A model generated the notes under the pieces. The model had not been told where the DNA came from. It did not search any database and saw nothing but the letters and a program-made list of their open reading frames with translations. From an uncultured Verrucomicrobiae bacterium (GTDB lineage: Bacteria > Verrucomicrobiota > Verrucomicrobiia > Limisphaerales > Palsa-1400), in the NCBI GenBank assembly GCA_963707025.1, contig CAVPOM010000017.1, positions 128,001 to 192,000 on the forward strand: 64,000 nt of DNA, given 5' to 3'. Below are positions 10,256 through 23,573 of the stretch, piece after piece; position 1 is the first letter of the stretch, and each line of letters opens with the position of its first letter. The position numbers and the translations under genes were made by a program.

Positions 10256-10506
10256 GAGGTAAATTACGCGGGCCGCAATGCGTCCGCGATGGCTGGACCG
10301 GGAAAGCCGCGAAATAACCGCCTCAAAAACCTGACTTTGGGTGGTTGGGATTCATGGGTCTTGCCAGGGAAAACTTTGCGCGTTTGGTGGTGTTTAAAAT
10401 AATGCCGCCTGACAAATTCTGGAACCAACGCCGGGTGGGCGGCCGCCGAAGTTCCCGGATGCATTTGCGCATTTACAATTTGCCCCGCCCCTCGGCGGAG
10501 GCGTAA

Positions 10507-12954
<2,448 letters not shown>

Positions 12955-13170
12955 AAGCGCGCAGCATGCCATGAGCCTGTGAGATAGTGCATGCAATTTC
13001 AGGGTGGCGGTGTTACTGTATGGGTGTGTCGAGTCCATTCGTACGACAATCTGAGGGTGTGCCAAAAACTGTGATAGGTCGAAAACTGAGAGCGCTGATG
13101 AGCAAAGGCGCCGACGCCGCGGGGGCGTCGCCGCTGCCCTCGCCCCCGGACCAGGCCTCCGGGCCCGGGC

Positions 13171-13404
13171 ATGCGTTCGCTATTTCGCGGCCATCCGCCC
13201 TCTTCGCCTCCGCGGCACTCGCGCGTTCCCCGGTGGTATTTGTTTGGAGCGGACTTGCTGCTGGTGGCGACGGCCCTGATGGTGATGTATAAAAGCCCCG
13301 CTCCGCTCTCGGGCAACGAGAAGTTTTTCGGGGCGGTGGCGGTGGTGCTGGGGGCCAGTTTGGCCCTGATGGCGATTTGCATGAGGGACCCCAAGGACCT
13401 GTGA
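13171..13404 (+). CDS. Small two-TM membrane protein; true start may lie upstream (~13020-13060) across a frameshift
   Basis: Two hydrophobic segments (WYLFGADLLLVATALMV; FFGAVAVVLGASLALMAI). Confidence 0.5.
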   Translation: MRSLFRGHPPSSPPRHSRVPRWYLFGADLLLVATALMVMYKSPAPLSGNEKFFGAVAVVLGASLALMAICMRDPKDL

Positions 13405-13606
13405 CCGGTTTCTTGCGTGCGGATTGAACATGCTGGTGCCAGGGCGTCTGTATATCACCGGGCATCTGCCTGCCAAGGAAGACCCGTCCGCGCCCGGCGG
13501 GCCGCAACTCCCCCGCCGCCACGACCTGCCCTGAGTTTGAGGACGCCGGCTCACCGGGGGATCTGACCTGCGAGAGAACCGGAGAAGAAACCCCGGCAAC
13601 AATCTT

Positions 13607-14604
13607 ATGAGTGATTTTGAATTCACTTGCCCGGAGTGCGACCAGAAAATCTCAGGTGACACCAGTTGCAGCGGCACGCTGATCCATTGTCCCGCCTGCC
13701 GGAAGCCGCTGGCCGTTCCGGCGGCGCCCTTGGAAAGGAAGAAGGAGGAAGGGACAAGGATGCATGATGGCGGCACGGGGAAGGCGGCGGCGGCAGCAGG
13801 GGCCGGGCCGGCGGAAAAATCGCCGCCGGGGCCGAAGCCGTCGCTTTGGGAGTTAGCCTCAGCCGCGCCGGGGGCGGAGGCAGGGACGGCAGCGGCGGGG
13901 CCGCCGGCGACGGGTTATTCGATGTTGGCGATGGCGTCGTTGTTTTGCTCGGCGTGGGTCGTGCTGGGGTTCATTCCGGGAATCCTGTGCGGACATCTGG
14001 CGCGGGCGAAGCTGCGGAGCAATCCGCTGTTGAAGGGAAAGGAGACGGCGACGGCGGGGCTGGCGATCAGCTATGCGGTGCTGGGGCTGGTTTTGGCGGT
14101 GTTCGGGACGTTGATCCTGGTCCAACTGCATGACAAACCGATCTATGTGGTGCGGGAATCGCCGGCGGATCTGAAGGAGTTGCAGGGGCGGATTGTGGAC
14201 GAGGTGAAACCCGGCTGGCGTTGGCCGGCGGCAATGAGAACGAGCACCGTCTCCAGGCCCGGGGCGCCTCGCGCAGCGGGACATTTTTCTCCCAATACAT
14301 GCGGCAGGCCGAAAGTGGGGGAGGGTTCGCTTATGAAATGAGGGTCATGCCCGGGACGGCGATGAGCGTGAACTGCCGTTATTGGGGCGGCGAGAGGGAG
14401 GGCCACCTCTTTGATATCATCGTGGATAATGAGATCATTGGCACGCAGGAACTGAACGGGAACATGCCCGGCCATTATTTCGACGCGGAGTACAGAGTCC
14501 CAACCAGCCTGACCCAGGGAAAGAGCCGGGTCACGGTGGAATTCCAGGCGCGCGAGGGGATGACGGCGGGGGGCATCTTTGCGGTGGAGACGCTGAGGCG
14601 CTGA
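13607..14604 (+). CDS. Zn-ribbon + DUF4190 + C-terminal beta-sandwich membrane protein, paralog 1 (frameshift ~14212)
   Basis: CPEC..CPAC, GILCGHLARAKL..GKETATAGLAISY; ORFs 13607-14341 and 14221-14604 together are colinear with the intact paralog at 15889-16947. Confidence 0.8.
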
Positions 14605-14719
14605 ATCTTGTCAAGCATCAAAATGCCGGGGCCTCCGCCGGGGGCGGCGGCATTTCGCCTGTTTTGGCGCTTCTCTGACCCGGGCAGGGTTTAAGCGATG
14701 CAAAGGATTGAAAACTGGC

Positions 14720-14796
14720 GATGGAGAATTGGTCATTTGTCATTTACAACGTCTGCCGATAACCAATAACAAATCTGCCATGACCAATTCTCCATC
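14720..14796. repeat. Heptamer-period inverted repeat element
   Basis: Perfect 17-bp IR GATGGAGAATTGGTCAT / ATGACCAATTCTCCATC. Confidence 0.85.
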
Positions 14797-14944
14797 CCGA
14801 AGGCCCCAAGCATAAACTCTTTGCTTGGCCGGCGGTGCTGACCCGAAAAAGTGGCCTGCAACCGCCGCCGGGGAAAGCAGGCCGGCGCCCGGCAGGAGCG
14901 AATTAATTTTGAATTTAATTGACACTGGGAGTGTCCAACCAAAC

Positions 14945-15838
14945 ATGAAGACCCGCCGGGCGTTTACCTTGATTGAACTGCTGGTCGTGATCGCCATCAT
15001 GGCGATTCTGGCGTCGCTGCTCTTGCCCGCCCTGTCCAAAGCCAAAGGCAAAGCCCAAGGCACCTCCTGCTTGAGCAACGGCAAGGAAATGATGCTGGCG
15101 ATGTCCATGTATTGCAACGACAACCACGATTTTTATCCGCCCAACCCGGACGACGGGAACACGATTCCCGGCCATAATTGGTGTTCCGGGCAGGCGGGAA
15201 TTGGACAGGAGGAGGAATTCGATCCAGATGTGCTGCTGGACCAGACGCGCTCGCTGCTAATCGCGGATCTGTCGGGCAATGCCAAGGTGTTTCGATGTCC
15301 CTCCGACCTGCGCCAGGGGACCTATCAGGGAACCAACCCGGAGATGCTGGGCAAGACGGTCCCCGTCGCGCGGACTTTTTCCATGAGCCAGGCCGTGGGC
15401 ACGATTTGCCCAAGTTTCGACGCGACCGGCCCGGGCGGCCAGCCGGGGATTAGACACAGCGGCGCGCCCACTCTGTCAGTCAACGGTCCGTGGTTGAACA
15501 GCCAGGATAGTCATCGGCGCAATTCGCCGTGGCTGACTTACGGCAAGGCCTCGCAGATTGCAGCGCCCGGCCCGGCGATGTTGTGGGTGCTGGTGGACGA
15601 GGATCCACGAGGGCTGAACGACGCGGCTTTTGCTTTCGGAATGCAGACGCCGGAATGGGTTGACATGCCCGGTTATTACCACAACGGCGGGTGCGGTTTT
15701 GCCTTTGCCGACGGGCATTCGGAAACCCATCAATGGCTTGGCCCGGTCCCGAAGACCGGGCCGAGAGGTTTCATCACGGATGCAAAGGACCAATTGGACT
15801 GGTCCTGGATGCAACAGCGGACTTCGGCGCGGAACTGA
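14945..15838 (+). CDS. Prepilin-type N-terminal cleavage / H-X9-DG domain protein
   Basis: [27 protein letters not shown] and [14 protein letters not shown]. Confidence 0.93.
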   Translation: MKTRRAFTLIELLVVIAIMAILASLLLPALSKAKGKAQGTSCLSNGKEMMLAMSMYCNDNHDFYPPNPDDGNTIPGHNWCSGQAGIGQEEEFDPDVLLDQTRSLLIADLSGNAKVFRCPSDLRQGTYQGTNPEMLGKTVPVARTFSMSQAVGTICPSFDATGPGGQPGIRHSGAPTLSVNGPWLNSQDSHRRNSPWLTYGKASQIAAPGPAMLWVLVDEDPRGLNDAAFAFGMQTPEWVDMPGYYHNGGCGFAFADGHSETHQWLGPVPKTGPRGFITDAKDQLDWSWMQQRTSARN

Positions 15839-15888
15839 ACCGCGACCGGCCTGTCTATGAACCAACCAACACCCTGGGCAACCATCCA

Positions 15889-16947
15889 ATGAGTGATTTT
15901 ACTTTCGGCTGCCCGGAGTGCGGCCAGAAAATCTCCTGTGACGGCAGTTACGGCGGCACGCAGATCACCTGTCCCACCTGCCGGCAGCCGTTGACCGTTC
16001 CAGCGCCGGCTCCGGCGGCGGGGCCGGTCACGCCGCCGGCAGTTGTCCCGTTGGGTGCAACGGCCGTCCCGGCGCAGGGCGCGGCCCCGCTCCCGGCGCG
16101 GAGCGCTGACCCAACCGGTCCTCCGCCTCCGCCCGGCGCGCCCGCCGGGCCGGCGGAAAAATCGCCGCCGGGGCCGAAGCCGTCGCTTTGGGAGTTGGCC
16201 TCAGCCCCGCCGGCGGCGGAGGCAGGGACGGCGGCGGCGGGGACGCCGGCGACAGGTAATTCGATATTGGCGATGGCGTCGTTGTTTTGCTCGGCGTGGG
16301 TCGTGCTGGGGTTCATTCCGGGAATCCTGTGCGGACATCTGGCGCGGGCGAAGATGCGGAAGAATCCGCTGTTGAAGGGAAAGGAGATGGCCACGGCGGG
16401 CCTGGCGATCAGTTATGCGATGCTGGGGCTGGTTTTGGCGATTTTCGGGCCGTTCCTGCTGATGCACCAGTTGTATAAACCGGTCGTAGTGGAGCGGACA
16501 ACACCGGCGCAACTGAAGGCGTTGCAGCCCCGGATTGTGGACGAGGTTGAAGCTCGGCCGGCCGCGGCGGGCGGGAATGAGACGGAGCACCATCTGTTGA
16601 CGCGGGGATTTGCGCGGAACGGCGCCTTTGCGCACAACTATTGGCGGGAGGCCTATTCCGGGGGAGCCTTCAGCTATGCGATGAAAGTCCTGCCCGACGC
16701 GGCGATGAGCGTGAACTGCCGTTATTATGGCACGGAGCAGACCTTGCGCATCTTTGACGTCATCGTGGAGGATGAGATCATTGGCACGCAGCAATTGTGC
16801 ATGAACAACCCCGGGCATTATTTCGACGTGGAATATAAGATTCCGCCCGGGGTGACCAAAGGAAAGAGCAAGGTCACGGTGGAGTTGATGGCGCACGGCG
16901 GGATGACGGCGGGCAGGATGTTTGCCATCGAAACGCTGCGGCGCTGA
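15889..16947 (+). CDS. Zn-ribbon + DUF4190 + C-terminal beta-sandwich membrane protein, paralog 2
   Basis: MSDFTFGCPEC..CPTC, Pro-rich linker, DUF4190 TM pair, C-terminal domain resembling that of GH127-type enzymes. Confidence 0.8.
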   Translation: MSDFTFGCPECGQKISCDGSYGGTQITCPTCRQPLTVPAPAPAAGPVTPPAVVPLGATAVPAQGAAPLPARSADPTGPPPPPGAPAGPAEKSPPGPKPSLWELASAPPAAEAGTAAAGTPATGNSILAMASLFCSAWVVLGFIPGILCGHLARAKMRKNPLLKGKEMATAGLAISYAMLGLVLAIFGPFLLMHQLYKPVVVERTTPAQLKALQPRIVDEVEARPAAAGGNETEHHLLTRGFARNGAFAHNYWREAYSGGAFSYAMKVLPDAAMSVNCRYYGTEQTLRIFDVIVEDEIIGTQQLCMNNPGHYFDVEYKIPPGVTKGKSKVTVELMAHGGMTAGRMFAIETLRR

Positions 16948-16954
16948 ACGGGGG

Positions 16955-17022
16955 GAATGGTGAATGGTGAATGGTGAATGGTGAATGGTGAATGGTGAAT
17001 TGGTGAATGGTGAATTGGTGAT
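16955..17022. repeat. 7-bp tandem array (GAATGGT) x~9
   Basis: gaatggt repeated directly after the stop codon, with two 8-bp variant units. Confidence 0.92.
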
Positions 17023-17145
17023 TGAGAATCTCACATTTGTCATCTGAGTAGTGTCGGCCTGAAGCCCAGGGCGCTCTTCGCCCGATGGTGGCAGTCTGCG
17101 GCTCTTCCAATGACTAATTACAAATTCTCAATGACCAATTCTCAA
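17021..17145. repeat. Heptamer-period inverted repeat element (third copy)
   Basis: ATTGAGAAT...TTTGTCAT left arm; AATGACT AATTACA AATTCTC AATGACC AATTCTC AA right arm, as at 2000-2030 and 14780-14796. Confidence 0.7.
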
Positions 17146-17203
17146 CTGAGACATCCGAAATGTTGAAGAATTGCCCTGTCAACTCGATTTACCAAACAGA
17201 ATT

Positions 17204-19210
17204 ATGAAGAGATTTCACACATGGATTTTGGTTTTGGGCGCGGTCCTGGTTTCCAGCCTGGTCTGCCAGGGACAAGGAGGGGGCGGGGGTGGATTCGGGG
17301 TGGCCAATCCGAATGCCGGGCCGGCGCTGACGATCACAGGGACGGTGTTCGACCCGTCCGGCGCGCCGGCGCCCGGAGTGTTGTTGTTGCTGGCGCCGCC
17401 AACCGCCGGCCAAAACGCGCCCATCAAAAGCGACGCCAATGGAAAATACACGCTCAACTGGCAAGCCCGGCAGGGGACCGGCGGCTTGGTCACGGCCAGC
17501 GAGTATTCGCTGTTCGCGCGCGACTTGGAGCACAATGTCGTGGCCAGCCATGCGGTGGATGCCACGACCACCAGCCTGGACCTGCGCCTGCAACCGGGGC
17601 TGGCCATCTCCACCAAAGTTCAGGACGTTAATGGCAAACCGATCTCCAGCGCCACCGCCAACCTGATTATTTTTTTGGGGGCCAACGGCATCGGGTTTTC
17701 GATCACCAGGCCGCCCGTCAAAGCCGATGAAACCGGCCGGGTCCAAATCGCCGCGCTGCCGCAAGGTTACTCCTACAACCTGGCCGTCAGCGCGCCTGGT
17801 TACGGGGTGGGCCGAACCCCGATGATCGAAGCGGCGGACACGCAAACCAACCGCTTGGAACTGCCCGCCGTGGTGCTCAGATTGGCCAACCTCAAACTCG
17901 CGGGCCAGGTGTTGGGCGCGGACGGACAACCGGCCGCCGCCGCGCGCATCACCATCGCAGGGCAGGGACAACCGTCCACCAACACCCAAACCGATGCCAC
18001 AGGACATTTCGCCCTCACTCTGTGCGAAGGGGCGGTCAGCGTTACGGCCAGCCTGCAAGGCGCGGCGGGCCGCGCCCAAACCGTGGGCGGGGATACCAAT
18101 GTGATCATCCGGCTGGGTAATAACAATCCCCAGGCTGGCATGAACATCGCCTTGCCGGGGCCTGCTCGCGGAGGATTCGCCGCCCCCGGCCGACTGACGA
18201 TTACCGGCACGGTGTTTGATCCCTCCGGCGCGCCCGCGCCAGGGGTGGCGATGTCGGTGACGCCGGGGGCCGGCCTCCTGCAAGACGCGAGGAGCGATGC
18301 CGGCGGCAAATTTACAGTTTCCTGGACGCCCATAAACTTCGTGGGAGGGGGCCGGAGTCCGACGGTCCAGTATTTGCTAATGGGGCGCGATTTGGAGCGC
18401 AATTTTGCCGCCACCGCCGGAATTGACGAGCAGACCACGAGCATGGACCTTCACCTGCAAGGAGGACTCACCTTGTCGGGCACGGTGCAGGACAACAGCG
18501 GCGCGCCGGTGAGAACCGCGACGCTGCGGCTCATCATGATGACCCCGCCGATGAGTTCCCAGTTCAACCGGCAACCGGGCACGGTGGATGAGCAAGGGGC
18601 CTTCACCATGGGCGCGTTGCCGCAGGGACAAGCTTACAACTTGAATGTGAGCGCGCCCGGCTTCGGCTCCGCCAGCACGCCGGTCGCGGCCAATCAGACG
18701 CAAACGGCCAGCCTGCAATTGCCACCCATCAAGCTCAATCCGGCGGACCAAAGACTGGAGGGACAGGTGGTGGGGCCGGATGACCAGCCGGTGCCGGGGG
18801 CGATGGTGCGAGTGATGGGGGTGGGCCAGCCCAACGACAGCACGCGCTCGGATGCCAGCGGGCATTTTGCCTTGCAGGTGTGCGAGGGATCGCTCCGCGT
18901 TTATGCCAACGTGCCGGCCAACACGGTCAACGGCCAGCTCGGCTCCGCCATGGTCCAGGCCCAGGCCGGCGACTTGAATGTCGTCGTCAAGCTGGGCGCG
19001 CGCCAGGCGGCGCCAGGCGGCTTCGGGATGGCGCCCCAGGCTCCCGCGCGGCTGACTCCGTTAAAAGAACAAAGCTGGACCTGGACCGCCCTGGGGCATT
19101 GGCCGCAACGGCACCGGGTGGCGGTGATCGTTCTGCTTTCCTTGCAGTTGACAGCCATGCTGGGCGCGGCGGGCGCCATTCTGTGGCTGACGCGCCGGCG
19201 GCAGAATTAG
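17204..19210 (+). CDS. Secreted protein with repeated carboxypeptidase-regulatory-like (Ig-like) domains and a C-terminal membrane anchor
   Basis: Signal peptide; two ~290-aa halves each beginning LTITGTVFDPSGAPAPGV; C-terminal TM + RRR. Confidence 0.8.
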   Translation: MKRFHTWILVLGAVLVSSLVCQGQGGGGGGFGVANPNAGPALTITGTVFDPSGAPAPGVLLLLAPPTAGQNAPIKSDANGKYTLNWQARQGTGGLVTASEYSLFARDLEHNVVASHAVDATTTSLDLRLQPGLAISTKVQDVNGKPISSATANLIIFLGANGIGFSITRPPVKADETGRVQIAALPQGYSYNLAVSAPGYGVGRTPMIEAADTQTNRLELPAVVLRLANLKLAGQVLGADGQPAAAARITIAGQGQPSTNTQTDATGHFALTLCEGAVSVTASLQGAAGRAQTVGGDTNVIIRLGNNNPQAGMNIALPGPARGGFAAPGRLTITGTVFDPSGAPAPGVAMSVTPGAGLLQDARSDAGGKFTVSWTPINFVGGGRSPTVQYLLMGRDLERNFAATAGIDEQTTSMDLHLQGGLTLSGTVQDNSGAPVRTATLRLIMMTPPMSSQFNRQPGTVDEQGAFTMGALPQGQAYNLNVSAPGFGSASTPVAANQTQTASLQLPPIKLNPADQRLEGQVVGPDDQPVPGAMVRVMGVGQPNDSTRSDASGHFALQVCEGSLRVYANVPANTVNGQLGSAMVQAQAGDLNVVVKLGARQAAPGGFGMAPQAPARLTPLKEQSWTWTALGHWPQRHRVAVIVLLSLQLTAMLGAAGAILWLTRRRQN

Positions 19211-19285
19211 AGACCTCTGCAAAACGCCTGCAGCGGCGGTCTTTGCCCGCCGCCGCAATCGTGGAAGCCGTTTTGCAGAGGTCTC
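19210..19285. mobile_element. 76-bp MITE with IS5-family-like ends
   Basis: Perfect 17-bp TIR GAGACCTCTGCAAAACG / CGTTTTGCAGAGGTCTC with direct AATTA on both flanks (19205-19209, 19286-19290). Confidence 0.75.
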
Positions 19286-19479
19286 AATTAGTAATACTTG
19301 ACTGGTTCCAGGTTCGCGGGAATGGCGCAGGAGGAGAGTGCGATGATGATAGAGCGGCAGAATCAGGGCGGGACAGAATCATCAAAAGGAAAACGCGGAG
19401 GAAAGCCACGGCATCGCCGGGTTGACATGGGGCGGCAAGGGGGTTACAACCATCTTACACCCAAAACAGGAGTCCACGC

Positions 19480-20499
19480 ATGAATCCAAATGAATTGCAG
19501 GAGGCGGAAGCCGACGTGGCACGTCTTCGGGAATGCTGCCAATCCCTCCAAAAACAAATGGGCACGGTCCTGATCGGCCAAAGCGAAGTGGTGCGGCTGC
19601 TGCTGACCGGGCTGCTCTCCGGCGGCCACATGCTGGTCATCGGCGTGCCCGGCCTGGCCAAGACCATGATGGTCAAGGCCCTGGCCGATTTGCTGGGCTG
19701 GGATTTCCGCCGCATCCAGTTCACGCCGGACCTGATGCCGGCGGACATCACCGGCACGGAGATTCTGCAGAGCGATGAGAGCGGGCGGCGGCGCGACCTG
19801 ATTTTTCATCGCGGCCCGGTTTTCGCCAACCTGATTCTGGCGGATGAAATCAACCGCACGCCGCCCAAAACGCAGGCGGCCTTGCTGGAAGCGATGCAGG
19901 AACTGGCGGTGACGGTCAACGGCAAGACTTACCGGCTGGAGGCGCCGTTCATTGTCGTGGCCACGCAGAATCCGATTGAGCAGGAGGGGACCTATCCGTT
20001 GCCGGAGGCGCAACTGGACCGGTTCATGTTCAGCATCCAGGTGGATTATCCGTCGCAGGCCGACGAGGTGGAGATCGCCGGCCGTTCCTTGCGCGCCAAG
20101 TGGGACGGATTCGCCCCGCTGGCCAAGAAGGAGGATTTCCGCAAGTTCACCCAAATTGTGGACCAGATGCCGGCGTCGCGTCCCTTCCTGGAGCAGGCGG
20201 TGGCGCTGACCACGGCCAGCCGGCCCAAGGGCGCTGGGGCCGATGACTATGTGCGCCGTTATGTGGCCTGGGGCGCCGGCCCGCGCGCCAGCCAGCATTT
20301 GGTCACGGCCGCCAAGGCCTCGGCCCTGCTGGACGGACGGCCCACGCCGGAAGCGGGCGATCTGCAACGCATGGCCGCCCCGGTGCTGCGCCACCGCATC
20401 ATCCCCAATTACAACGCGCTGGGGGAAGGGATCGAAAGCGACGCCATTGTCAAACATTTGCTTGCCACCGCCCGGCCGCCCGCCGGCGGGCTGAAGGTT
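19480..20499 (+). CDS. moxR: MoxR family AAA+ ATPase (in frame with the downstream DUF58 in this sequence)
   Basis: GVPGLAKT, RIQFTPDLMPADITG, DEINRTPPKTQAALLEAM, ATQNPIEQEGTYPLPEAQLDRF. Confidence 0.93.
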
Positions 20500-21405
20500 G
20501 TGGCCATCCTGCAACATCGTTACCTGGACCTCGCCGCGATGGAGGCGTTGCGCCAGGTGCGCCTGCAGCCGCGCGGGGCGGCGGAAGGCACTTTCGCCGG
20601 ACCGCACAAATCGCATTTTCGCGGCACGGCGGTGGAGTTTGCCGATTACCGCGAGTACTCCGAGGGCGACGACATCCGGCTGGTGGACTGGAAAGTGTTC
20701 GCGCGGACCGACCGGCATTACGTGCGCCTCTACGATGCGGAGCGCAATCTGCTCACCTACCTGGTGGTGGACAAAAGCGGCTCGATGGAATTCGAGGGGG
20801 CGGTCCTCCGCACGCCCTCGAAATTGGAACACGCGGCGCGCCTGGCGGCGGCCCTGGGCTATCTGGTCTTGCGGGAGGGGGACGAAGCGGGCCTGTCACT
20901 GGCCGACGACCGCCTGCACAGCCATCTGCCCGCCGCCGCCTCCTGGGCGCAGATGAACCGCATGCTCGACCAATTGGGCAAGGCCCGCGCCCAGGGACGG
21001 ACCGACCTGGGGGCCTGCCTGGAGCAGGTTTTCAAACAGACCCGGCGCCGCGGCATTCTGGCGGTCTTCAGCGATTTTCTGGGTACGGACGCGCGTTTTT
21101 GGAAGGCGGTGGATTTGTTCCGGCGCTCGCGTTTTGACGTGATGCTGTTTCAAGTGGCCCATCCGGAGGAACTGGAATTGCCGGAGGTGATGTCCGCCCG
21201 GTTTGTGGAGACGGAAGGAACGGGCCATTTCAACGCGGAACCGGAGGTGGTGCGGTCGCTTTACCGCCGCCGGTTTGAGGCGTTTCTTTCGGAAATCAAG
21301 GCCAACTGTCAGGCGCGCGGGAGCGACTGGTATCTGACCAGAACCTCGGATGATCCCTGCCATTTTCTGCGCAACTGCTTTCTGGCCCGCGAGAAATCAA
21401 GATGA
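20500..21405 (+). CDS. DUF58 domain protein
   Basis: GTAVEFADYREYSEGDDIRLVDWKVFARTDR, VDKSGSM; possible own GTG start at 20500. Confidence 0.9.
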   Translation: MAILQHRYLDLAAMEALRQVRLQPRGAAEGTFAGPHKSHFRGTAVEFADYREYSEGDDIRLVDWKVFARTDRHYVRLYDAERNLLTYLVVDKSGSMEFEGAVLRTPSKLEHAARLAAALGYLVLREGDEAGLSLADDRLHSHLPAAASWAQMNRMLDQLGKARAQGRTDLGACLEQVFKQTRRRGILAVFSDFLGTDARFWKAVDLFRRSRFDVMLFQVAHPEELELPEVMSARFVETEGTGHFNAEPEVVRSLYRRRFEAFLSEIKANCQARGSDWYLTRTSDDPCHFLRNCFLAREKSR

Positions 21406-23573
21406 ACTGGCCCGCTTTTGTCCATCCCTGGATGCTGGCCGGCCTGGCGGCGGCCGGGCTGCCGGTGCTGATTCATTTTTTGACGCGGGCGCGCCCGCGG
21501 CGCATCGCCTTCCCGCCGTATCATTTTCTGCTGGAGGCCTGCGCGGGGCAACAAGCACTGCACCGCCTGCGCACTGTTCTGCTGCTGGCCCTCCGCTGCC
21601 TGGCGGTGATGGCGCTGGCCCTGCTCTTCGCCCGCCCCTTTTTCAAACCGGCCGGCGCGGCGGCCGGGGCGGCGGCGGGGACGCGGGTTGTCGTTGTGCT
21701 GGACGCATCGCTTTCCATGCGCGCGGTGGAACAGGGGGTGCCGCTGTTTGCCAAAGCCCAGGCCGAGGCCGCCGATGTCCTGCGCGGGCTGGAATCCGGC
21801 GCGCAAGCCGCCGTCATTCTGGAAGGAACCACCCCGCGCGCCCTCCTGCCCGCCCTCTCGCGCAACCTGCCCGCCCTGCACGAAGCGCTGGTGAAAACCG
21901 CGCCGACCTTCGAGTGCGGCGACCCGGCCGCGGCCCTGGCCTTGGCGGCGAAAATGCTGGGCGGGGCCGGCACGATTTACGTGTTCAGTGATTTCCAAAA
22001 ATCCAATTGGGAGCAGGCGCGCGAACTGCCCGCCGGGGTGGTGTGCCGGCTCCGCCCGGTGGCGCGCGAGGCGGTGGACAACGTGGCCATCACGGCGGCC
22101 CGATTGTCGCCCGCCGAGCCGGTCATCGGCGAACCGCTGGAGGTGCTGGGCACGATTTTTAACTGCACCGCCCGGCCGCGCCAGGAAAGCTTGCGCCTGG
22201 AACTGGGCGACTTCACCCACGAAACGCGGGTGACAGTCCCGGCTTTCGGCACGGCCGACGCCGTTTTCAACGTGGCCGTTCCCCGCGCCGGATCGTTTGC
22301 CGGCAAACTTTCCCTGCAACCGGATGACCTGGTGGAAGACAACACCCGCTGGCTGGTGGCGCGGGTCAGCCAGGCCCTCAAGATTCTTTTGGTCAACGAT
22401 GCCGACGAATCCGACCAGCAGAGCGCCGCCTTCTATATCAGCCGCGCCCTGGCGCCCTCGCCCCAAGCCGCGCCCGGTCTGTCCGTGACGCGCCGGCAGA
22501 GCCAGGACACCGACCGCGGCGTCCTGGAAACGGCGGATGTTTTTGTGCTGGTCGCTCCGGCGGCTTTAAGCGGGGAAGCCGTCGAGATCATGGCGCGACG
22601 CGTCCAGGAAGGGGCGCGCCTGATGGTGTTTCTGGATGGTCCGACGGCGGCGCAGCTCCTGCCGCCGGCCTTTGACGCGCCCTTTCATCTCCAGCGCACC
22701 GTGACTTCGGAAACGGGAGACGGAGTGACGGCGGGCGCGGGCAAACTTTTTCAGGAAGGCGACGCGGAGGACCTGGCGACGCTGCGGTTTCGCCGGCATT
22801 ATCAGTGTCAAATGGTGGAAAGCCGGCGGGGCGAGGTGCTGCTGTGGCATGCGGACGGCTCGCCGGCGCTGGCCTTGAGCAGCCACGGGCTGGGCGCTGC
22901 CGTTTTTGTCAACCTGCCGCTGACGCCGGACGGCGGCGGTTTCATCGGGCACCCGTTGTTTCCGGCGATGCTGCATGAATTGTTGCGCAGCCTGCGCCGC
23001 TCTTCGGAGGAGCAGCCGGTCACGCCCGGGTTCGCCTGGATGCTCGATGTTCCGGCCCGGGGCGAAGGGGCGGTCAGCGTGACCGATCCACAGGGCCGCG
23101 CGGTGGAAGCGCGGGTGGTGGCCAGCGGGCGCACCACGCGCCTGGCCTTGGCCCCGGCCCGCCTGCCCGGGGTTTACGTCGTCAAACAGGGGGAGGCCAT
23201 CATCGCCCAGGCCGTGGTCAACGTGGACGCGCGCGAAAGTGACACCCGTCCCATCGCACTGGAGAATTTGAAGAGCGGGCCGGGCTCCGCCGTCACGGTG
23301 GCGCGGGAGGAGGACGATTTATTGCTGGCGGGAAAAACGCGGCAGCTCTGGCCCTGGCTGGCCGGGACGGCGGCGGCTTTGCTCGCCTCGGAAATGTTGC
23401 TGCTCTCCCTCTGGCGCCAACCGCGGAAAGTGTCTTCAACCCTCCCTGTCCTCCCTCCTGTCCCCCGCAGGCCCGGCGAAGGAGGAAGCTTTAGCGGAGG
23501 AGGAAATCCGCCCTCCTTCGCCGAGCCTGCGGAGGGTAAACCATCCGCAATCCCGAAGGAGGCCTTGCCATGA
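21402..23573 (+). CDS. BatA N-terminal domain + vWA membrane protein
   Basis: GLPVLIHFL..PRRIAFP..LLLALRCLAV.ARP; MIDAS DASLSM; SDFQ. Confidence 0.88.
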   Translation: MNWPAFVHPWMLAGLAAAGLPVLIHFLTRARPRRIAFPPYHFLLEACAGQQALHRLRTVLLLALRCLAVMALALLFARPFFKPAGAAAGAAAGTRVVVVLDASLSMRAVEQGVPLFAKAQAEAADVLRGLESGAQAAVILEGTTPRALLPALSRNLPALHEALVKTAPTFECGDPAAALALAAKMLGGAGTIYVFSDFQKSNWEQARELPAGVVCRLRPVAREAVDNVAITAARLSPAEPVIGEPLEVLGTIFNCTARPRQESLRLELGDFTHETRVTVPAFGTADAVFNVAVPRAGSFAGKLSLQPDDLVEDNTRWLVARVSQALKILLVNDADESDQQSAAFYISRALAPSPQAAPGLSVTRRQSQDTDRGVLETADVFVLVAPAALSGEAVEIMARRVQEGARLMVFLDGPTAAQLLPPAFDAPFHLQRTVTSETGDGVTAGAGKLFQEGDAEDLATLRFRRHYQCQMVESRRGEVLLWHADGSPALALSSHGLGAAVFVNLPLTPDGGGFIGHPLFPAMLHELLRSLRRSSEEQPVTPGFAWMLDVPARGEGAVSVTDPQGRAVEARVVASGRTTRLALAPARLPGVYVVKQGEAIIAQAVVNVDARESDTRPIALENLKSGPGSAVTVAREEDDLLLAGKTRQLWPWLAGTAAALLASEMLLLSLWRQPRKVSSTLPVLPPVPRRPGEGGSFSGGGNPPSFAEPAEGKPSAIPKEALP
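23462..23535. repeat. REP-like inverted pair inside the 3' end of the BatA gene
   Basis: CCCCCGCAGGCCCGGCGAAGGAGG / CCTCCTTCGCCGAGCCTGCGGAGG (22/24 complementary). Confidence 0.7.
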
